DNA of 4,116 nt from a virus (taxonomy: Duplodnaviria; Heunggongvirae; Uroviricota; Caudoviricetes), in IMG/VR virus record IMGVR_UViG_2534681992_000021, positions 1 through 4,116 of that record. One strand, written 5' to 3'. This document shows, piece after piece, positions 1 to 4,116 of this stretch. The first letter of the stretch is position 1. Each line of letters starts with the position of its first letter. The notes below the pieces were generated by a model that worked only from the letters and a program-made list of their open reading frames with translations, did not search any database and was not told where the DNA came from. A program made the position numbers and the translations under genes.

Positions 1-1
1 C

Positions 2-298
2 GGAAAGGGGGAGGTTTCCACCGCCTGTACAGATTGTCGTGGGCGCGGTGTTGCCATTCATCGTGAAGAGTCGGAAAAACAGGGTGTGCCGGTTTTCAGA
101 AACTGCCAGCGTTGTGGTGGGCGTGGCTATGAAAGATTACCTTCAACGGAGGCATTTAATGCCATATGTAATGTAACCGATGCCATATCTCTTGATACAT
201 GGAAAAAAACAGTTAAACGTTTTTACGATACGCTGGTGGTGCAGTTTGATATTGAAGAAGCATGGGCAGAACAACAACTGAAAAAGGTGACCAGATAG
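2..298 (+). CDS. Q: Antitermination protein Q, lambda-type, C-terminal part (5'-truncated by window edge; stop TAG 296-298)
   Basis: Frame 2 is open from the window edge to TAG at 296-298; the ORF track's 86..298 is the M-initiated subset of this frame. The translation contains CTDC-(22 aa)-CQRC, the same CxxC-22-CxxC spacing I recall for the lambda Q zinc-binding cysteines, followed by 60 residues to the stop, consistent with a 207-aa lambda-like Q. A pR'/qut-like sequence follows immediately downstream. Not verified by alignment. Confidence 0.8.
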   Translation, partial: GKGEVSTACTDCRGRGVAIHREESEKQGVPVFRNCQRCGGRGYERLPSTEAFNAICNVTDAISLDTWKKTVKRFYDTLVVQFDIEEAWAEQQLKKVTR

Positions 299-303
299 CT
301 TTG

Positions 304-331
304 TTGATTTTTCCCGAATCTGTGGTAAATT
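304..331 (+). promoter_or_regulatory. pR'-like late promoter: -35 TTGATT (304-309), 16-bp spacer, extended -10 TGgTAAATT (323-331)
   Basis: Hexamers and spacing read directly. GTGGTAAATTTGCCCTAACGATGGG (322-346) closely resembles the lambda pR' -10/initial transcribed region as I recall it (GGTAAATTTGACTCAACGATGGG). Position directly downstream of Q matches lambdoid late-promoter architecture. Confidence 0.6.
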
Positions 332-352
332 TGCCCTAACGATGGGCGTTTT
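332..352 (+). promoter_or_regulatory. qut-like / sigma70-dependent promoter-proximal pause element (AACGAT -10-like repeat in the initial transcribed region)
   Basis: AACGATGGG at 338-346 just downstream of the -10 mirrors the pause-inducing -10-like element of lambda pR' where Q loads onto RNA polymerase. Established knowledge of lambda Q/qut plus sequence resemblance; exact start site and pause position not determinable here. Confidence 0.4.
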
Positions 353-401
353 ATGCCTGACGTTAGAAGATTTTTACACCCGTCGCCAGGCGGGTTTTTT
401 T
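338..401 (+). ncRNA. Candidate short constitutive pR' transcript ending at the tR'-like terminator (analogue of lambda 6S RNA / StxS-type sRNA)
   Basis: Predicted start a few nt after the -10 (about 338) and an intrinsic terminator ending at 401 would give a roughly 60-nt RNA in the absence of Q. Coordinates are inferred, not measured. Confidence 0.35.
378..401 (+). terminator. Rho-independent terminator (tR'-like): stem 378-384/389-395, GCCA loop, U-tract 396-401
   Basis: ACCCGTC gcca GGCGGGT forms a 7-bp stem (one G.U pair) followed by TTTTTT, about 80 nt after the Q stop and downstream of the pR'-like promoter. Confidence 0.7.
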
Positions 402-522
402 ATGACTGAAATCACGCCAGTACAGTAAACGCGCTGGTGGTTGTGAATACCGGTCTTTCAGCTTGCTGGCTTTTTTGACAAGAGTTATTGGTATGTCACG
501 TTAACCAAAAGGGAAAAAAGAC

Positions 523-720
523 ATGCTAAAACAGCAGGATATGACAGAAACCGCCAGAGTGGTGTTTAATGAATTAAGCGTTACCGACCCGGCGACAGTC
601 GGGGAGATTGCGCAGAATACTTACCTTTCACGCGAACGCTGCCAGTTAATACTGACCCAGCTTGTTATGGCGGGTCTGGCAGACTATCAGTTCGGTTGTT
701 ACAGACGCCTTCCGCAGTGA
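523..720 (+). CDS. Hypothetical small protein (65 aa), winged-helix/HTH-like; possible PapI/FaeA-like regulator
   Basis: ATG at 523 with a purine-rich AAAAGGGAAAAAAG stretch upstream; ORF ends TGA 718-720. The segment TVGEIAQNTYLSRERCQLILTQLVMAGLA has helix-turn-helix character and loosely resembles the PapI/FaeA DNA-binding core (TAEIAEAL...LLLLEKAGMV) from memory. Family assignment is tentative; could also be an uncharacterised phage protein. Confidence 0.5.
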   Translation: MLKQQDMTETARVVFNELSVTDPATVGEIAQNTYLSRERCQLILTQLVMAGLADYQFGCYRRLPQ

Positions 721-734
721 AGGCTTTTTTATTT
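707..734 (+). terminator. Rho-independent terminator overlapping the stop codon of the 523-720 ORF
   Basis: GCCTTC (707-712) / GAAGGC (719-724) perfect 6-bp stem with 6-nt loop, followed by TTTTTTATTT (725-734). The TGA stop at 718-720 lies in the loop/3' arm. Confidence 0.65.
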
Positions 735-870
735 GTGGTAAATGGGCGGCTGGTGGGTGTTAGGGGCACCTACCAGCCATCTGCTCATGCGTTGGGTTCA
801 CAAGCAAACCTCAGGCCCACTGCTTTGCGCAAAAGCAGAATGAGCCTATCAGAGACAGGCTTAATGATCC

Positions 871-1947
871 ATGCTTAATACTGTAAAAATATCCAGTTGT
901 GAGTTAATCAACGCTGATTGCCTGGAATTTATCCAGACCTTACCGGAAAACTCTGTCGATCTGATAGTCACAGACCCGCCATACTTTAAAGTGAAGCCCG
1001 AGGGCTGGGATAACCAGTGGAAGGGCGACGATGATTACCTGAAGTGGCTGGACCAGTGTCTGGCGCAGTTCTGGCGGGTGCTGAAACCTGCCGGAAGTCT
1101 TTACCTGTTCTGTGGCCATCGCCTGGCATCTGACATTGAAATCATGATGCGTGAACGCTTCAATGTGCTGAACCATATTATCTGGGCGAAGCCGTCCGGA
1201 CGCTGGAACGGGTGCAACAAGGAAAGCCTGCGGGCGTATTTTCCGGCCACAGAACGCATTCTGTTCGCGGAACATTATCAGGGGCCGTATCGTCCGAAAG
1301 ATGATGGCGATGAGGCGAAGGGCAGGGCACTGAAACAGCATGTGATGGCCCCGCTGATTTCTTACTTTCGTGATGCGCGTGCTGCTCTTGGGATAACGGC
1401 AAAACAGATTGCAGATGCCACAGGAAAGAAAAACATGGTGTCGCACTGGTTCAGTGCCAGTCAGTGGCAGCTACCGAACGAAAGCGATTATCTGAAATTA
1501 CAGTCGCTGTTTGCCCGGGTGGCAGAAGAGAAACATCAGCGGGGAGAACTGGAAAAGTCCCATTACCAACTGGTCAGCACATACAGTGAGCTGAACCGGC
1601 AGTACATGGAACTGCTGAGTGAATATAAAAATTTGCGGCGGTATTTCGGTGTGACGGTGCAGGTGCCGTACACCGATGTGTGGACGCATAAACCGGTGCA
1701 GTACTATCCAGGGAAACATCCGTGCGAAAAACCGGCAGAAATGCTGCGGCAGATAATCTGCGCGAGCAGTCGTCCGGGTGACCTGGTGGCGGATTTTTTC
1801 ATGGGTTCTGGCTCAACCATAAAAGCAGCTATGGCGCTCGGGCGTCGTGCAACTGGTGTTGAACTGGAGGCAGAACGTTTTGCGCAGACCGTTAAGGAGA
1901 TTAGTCACATCCTTACATGCTCAATTGATGACGGGAAGGATGGATAA
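871..1947 (+). CDS. DNA methyltransferase, N6-adenine/N4-cytosine amino-MTase, beta-class motif order (358 aa), apparently orphan
   Basis: Complete ORF ATG 871 to TAA 1945-1947. Catalytic motif IV DPPY (VDLIVTDPPYF) near the N-terminus and SAM-binding motif I FxGxG (DFFMGSGST) near the C-terminus, which is the beta-class arrangement (PF01555-like). No restriction endonuclease candidate nearby. Target specificity cannot be read from the sequence. Confidence 0.9.
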   Translation: MLNTVKISSCELINADCLEFIQTLPENSVDLIVTDPPYFKVKPEGWDNQWKGDDDYLKWLDQCLAQFWRVLKPAGSLYLFCGHRLASDIEIMMRERFNVLNHIIWAKPSGRWNGCNKESLRAYFPATERILFAEHYQGPYRPKDDGDEAKGRALKQHVMAPLISYFRDARAALGITAKQIADATGKKNMVSHWFSASQWQLPNESDYLKLQSLFARVAEEKHQRGELEKSHYQLVSTYSELNRQYMELLSEYKNLRRYFGVTVQVPYTDVWTHKPVQYYPGKHPCEKPAEMLRQIICASSRPGDLVADFFMGSGSTIKAAMALGRRATGVELEAERFAQTVKEISHILTCSIDDGKDG

Positions 1948-2058
1948 AGATATGGTCAGTTCAGGCTGTGAAGCAAGTAGACAGATAAGGCTGCAATAAA
2001 AACTGACAATAGTAAAATAGCTTTTTCTCAGGTAGTCATGAATACGATCTCTTAAAGC

Positions 2059-2078
2059 GCCCGCTGATACCAGCGGGC
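2059..2078. other. Stable hairpin (8-bp GC-rich stem GCCCGCTG/CAGCGGGC, 4-nt loop) about 110 bp after the methyltransferase stop, no U-tract
   Basis: Perfect inverted repeat read directly; neither strand has a following T-run, so it is not a canonical intrinsic terminator. Could be an RNA 3'-end/processing structure or protein site. Confidence 0.4.
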
Positions 2079-2193
2079 AATACATACTGGCATTAATGTT
2101 AAGTTCAGGGATAATTCATCGTATTTTGTGGTACGACGCTATCAATATTAATAAACAGTATTTTTCATGTAAAATTTCTGTTTTTTTGATCTG

Positions 2194-2388
2194 ATTCTCG
2201 TTTCCTGGGTTATGATGTTGTTGTGAACCATGCTGTTGAATGATAATGTTCGGATATAAAATTGTTGCTGATATGTAGCGCAGTGAGCAGGTGGTATTTC
2301 TGTTGCTGAGTGTACGGATACAGTGCTTCCCTCCCTCAGCGGGGGGGGGCAGGTGTGCTGTGGTTTTAGAGACGCCGGAAACGAGAAT
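2194..2388. repeat. 12-bp perfect inverted repeat pair (ATTCTCGTTTCC 2194-2205 / GGAAACGAGAAT 2377-2388) bracketing a 171-bp segment
   Basis: Read directly. The bracketed segment contains the G9 tract and a 9-bp direct repeat TGTTGCTGA (2263-2271, 2301-2309). Confidence 0.5.
2341..2349. repeat. Homopolymeric G9 tract (C9 on minus strand) in non-coding DNA
   Basis: Nine consecutive G read directly at 2341-2349. Confidence 0.9.
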
Positions 2389-2719
2389 GATGCGGGTTTG
2401 CTGGTGCCGGGATAGAGTCGCCGGAGGTCATGACATAGAGCAAAAAAGGAATGTGCATGCAAATACACACCTCTTCGGAGAGCTCTTCTTTATATGGATG
2501 AGCCTCAAGGTCAATAGTTTATCTGTTATGTATTCATATGTTGTTACTTATATAATCCATACGGGCATATCATCAGTACACACATACTATTATGGCATTT
2601 TATTTTTGTTTTAACTGAATTCCCGGGGCACTCTTTTTGATTTCTGATAAGGAACCAGAATTTTCTGTTAAATGGTGTCACGTTGTAAATGGTTAATGGA
2701 AGCAGCTTATTATCCATAA

Positions 2720-2743
2720 TCACACCTGAGTTAACAGGTGTGA
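2720..2743. repeat. Perfect 9-bp inverted repeat TCACACCTG-agttaa-CAGGTGTGA (operator-like palindrome or RNA hairpin)
   Basis: Arms 2720-2728 and 2735-2743 are exact reverse complements with a 6-nt spacer; no flanking U-tract. Confidence 0.5.
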
Positions 2744-3020
2744 GAATACTTCCGGGTGGCAGGAACACATCTGACTGATACCAGATTATCAACTTTATTT
2801 TACACCATACAGTTGAAAACGTTATTCCGCTTGATGGGCATATCACTGTGTCAATAACTATCCATTCCATCTTTTAACCTTCTCGGTACACATTGCTTTC
2901 GATTGTTTTGCTAAAAATCATAGTCAATAAATCAGTGTAACTCATTGAAAAAGATCGTCTTCTTTGTCTTCCTGGGGTTTTCTTTTCTAATTTTGTATCA
3001 CTTTGGTTCAAGTTGTTTCA

Positions 3021-3109
3021 TTTTTTTGTAATACAAATTAGCAGGATGAGCGGGAATATAAAAAAATCGGATGTTTTTGTAATGGATATTATTTTTTTGT
3101 AAAATAATG
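3021..3109 (+). repeat. Three direct copies of TTTTTGTAA (3023-3031, 3074-3082, 3094-3102) in an A/T-rich block upstream of the esterase gene
   Basis: Read directly; each copy contains a -35-like TTGTAA. Confidence 0.5.
3077..3105 (+). promoter_or_regulatory. Candidate sigma70 promoter for the esterase gene: -35 TTGTAA (3077-3082), 17-bp spacer, -10 TAAAAT (3100-3105)
   Basis: Hexamers and spacing read directly; sits about 65 bp upstream of the ATG at 3172 in A/T-rich DNA. Sequence prediction only. Confidence 0.35.
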
Positions 3110-3171
3110 TATTTTTATTTAAATCTCTATCAGAAAAGAATTTATTGTTCCTTTATATGGTGGAAAAGGTC

Positions 3172-4116
3172 ATGGTATTTAAACACTACGATGTGGTCAG
3201 GGCGGCGTCGCCGTCAGATCTTGCGGAAAAGCTGACACAAAAACTGAAGGAGGGGGGGCAGCCATTTGGCAGCCCGGTGGCCATCACGCCTTATACTCTG
3301 ATGCAGGCCATTGCGGCGGAAGGTGATGTCACCACACCTGTGTTGGTGAAGCCGTCGGATGGAGAAGGCACAGTAATCAGCGCCACCAGAGACCCGGAGT
3401 ATTACTTTGTTGTGGTTCTGGCGGGGCAGTCAAACAGCATGGCATATGGTGAAGGCCTTCCGCTGCCGGAGACATATGACCGTCCGGACCCGCGTATTAA
3501 GCAGCTGGCGCGCCGCAGTACGGTGACACCGGGCGGTGCAGCATGCAAATATAACGACATCATTCCGGCGGACCATTGTCTGCATGATGTGCAGGACATG
3601 AGCCGCCTTAACCATCCGAAAGCGGACCTGTCAAAGGGGCAGTACGGAACCGTGGGGCAGGGGCTGCATATCGCCAAAAAACTGCTGCCGTTTATACCGG
3701 CGAATGCGGGCATTCTGCTGGTTCCGTGCTGTCGTGGTGGTTCAGCGTTCACCACCGGAGCTGATGGCACATACAGTGACGCGAGTGGTGCCTCGGAGAA
3801 TTCAACCCGCTGGGGTGTGGACAAGCCGCTGTATAAGGACCTTATCGGTCGAACAAAAGCAGCACTGAAGAAGAATCCGAAAAATGTGCTGTTTGCCGTG
3901 GTGTGGATGCAGGGGGAATTTGATTTTGGCGGTACGCCGGCAAATCACGCAGCACAGTTTGGTGCGCTGGTTGATAAATTCCGTGCAGACCTGGCGGATA
4001 TGGCAGGTCAGTGCGTCGGTGGCTCTGCTGGCGGTGTTCCCTGGATATGCGGGGACACGACGTATTTCTGGAAGCAGAAGAACGAATCCACGTACCAGAC
4101 GGTGTATGGCAGCTAT
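3172..4116 (+). CDS. nanS: Prophage sialate O-acetylesterase, NanS-p/YjhS family (N-terminal 315 codons; 3'-truncated by window edge)
   Basis: Frame open from ATG 3172 through the window end with no stop, which is why it is missing from the ORF track. Translation MVFKHYDVV...VVVLAGQSNSMAYGEGLPLPETYDRPDPRIKQLARRSTVTPGG...WICGDTT... carries the GQSN(S/M) catalytic-serine motif of the SASA/DUF303 esterase family and closely resembles E. coli NanS/YjhS and the nanS-p genes that lie downstream of stx in Stx prophages. GGTGGA 8 nt upstream of the ATG is a plausible ribosome-binding site. Confidence 0.9.
   Translation, partial: MVFKHYDVVRAASPSDLAEKLTQKLKEGGQPFGSPVAITPYTLMQAIAAEGDVTTPVLVKPSDGEGTVISATRDPEYYFVVVLAGQSNSMAYGEGLPLPETYDRPDPRIKQLARRSTVTPGGAACKYNDIIPADHCLHDVQDMSRLNHPKADLSKGQYGTVGQGLHIAKKLLPFIPANAGILLVPCCRGGSAFTTGADGTYSDASGASENSTRWGVDKPLYKDLIGRTKAALKKNPKNVLFAVVWMQGEFDFGGTPANHAAQFGALVDKFRADLADMAGQCVGGSAGGVPWICGDTTYFWKQKNESTYQTVYGSY

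Noticed and set aside
475-503. Perfect -35 hexamer TTGACA at 475-480 upstream of the 523-720 ORF
   Set aside because: No acceptable -10 hexamer at 16-18 bp spacing (best is ACGTTA/CGTTAA), so not called as a promoter.
321-743. 10-bp direct repeat TGTGGTAAAT at 321-330 and 734-743 (possible duplicated pR' -10 element)
   Set aside because: Several 10-mer repeats are expected by chance in a 4-kb window, and the second copy lacks the downstream AACGAT pause element and a -35. Noted only as a weak extended -10 candidate.
696-878. Plus-strand ORF 696..878 (60 aa)
   Set aside because: Starts inside the 3' end of the 523-720 ORF, runs through its intrinsic terminator and overlaps the methyltransferase start; no ribosome-binding site and low-complexity translation.
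940-1719. Minus-strand ORFs 940..1446 (168 aa), 1178..1402 (74 aa) and 1498..1719 (73 aa)
   Set aside because: All lie entirely antisense within the methyltransferase gene, which has clear catalytic motifs. Their translations are Arg/His/Pro/Cys-rich with no recognisable domain, as expected for an antisense frame.
2617-2628. GAATTCCCGGGG (EcoRI plus SmaI/XmaI sites, polylinker-like)
   Set aside because: Flanking sequence does not match common cloning-vector polylinkers and the context is continuous AT-rich phage DNA; most likely coincidence, not a vector artefact.
2148-2870. ORFs 2148..2468 (-), 2291..2614 (+) and 2544..2870 (-) in the AT-rich tract
   Set aside because: They overlap each other, have odd composition (Cys/His/Tyr/Phe-rich, with the G9 run translated as a Gly or Pro run), lack ribosome-binding sites and recall no known protein. 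Treated as non-coding, though a homology search should confirm.
1948-3171. tRNA genes (ileZ-argN-argO-like), as found between Q and stx in Stx2 phages
   Set aside because: No cloverleaf-compatible segment was found; the only T-loop-like string (GGTTCAAGT near 3005) lacks the matching acceptor and T-stem complements.
1948-3171. Shiga toxin genes stxA/stxB between Q and nanS-p
   Set aside because: No ORF of appropriate size (about 320 aa and 90 aa) or signal-peptide-like N-terminus exists in this interval; the region is essentially ORF-free.
3402-3824. Minus-strand ORFs 3402..3824 (140 aa) and 3430..3615 (61 aa)
   Set aside because: Antisense to the esterase ORF, which has a strong family match (GQSN motif); no start-site signals or domain features.
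1-4116. CRISPR arrays, insertion sequences or integrase/att sites
   Set aside because: No regularly spaced direct repeats, no transposase or integrase ORFs and no terminal inverted repeats of IS size were seen in the window.

Overview
This window looks like the early-to-late junction of a lambdoid prophage (E. coli/Shigella-like), running from the 3' end of a lambda-type Q antiterminator gene to the 5' part of a prophage NanS-type sialate O-acetylesterase gene. All calls are on the + strand and rest on reading the sequence and on motif recall; no homology search was run. In order: Q C-terminus (2-298); a pR'-like late promoter with a qut/pause-like element and a tR'-like terminator (304-401); a 65-aa winged-helix-like ORF (523-720) whose stop sits inside a second intrinsic terminator; a beta-class N6-adenine/N4-cytosine DNA methyltransferase (871-1947); about 1.2 kb of AT-rich sequence with no convincing ORF (1948-3171); and the esterase gene (3172 to window end, absent from the ORF track because it has no stop in the window). 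Where Stx phages carry tRNA genes and stxAB, this element carries the methyltransferase and the AT-rich tract; no stx or tRNA gene is present. The most plausible candidates for something undescribed are the small regulator plus orphan methyltransferase pair in the Q-dependent late transcript, and the ORF-free AT-rich tract, which contains a G9 run bracketed by 12-bp inverted repeats, a perfect 9-bp palindrome and a TTTTTGTAA repeat array. Both are hypotheses, not demonstrated systems.
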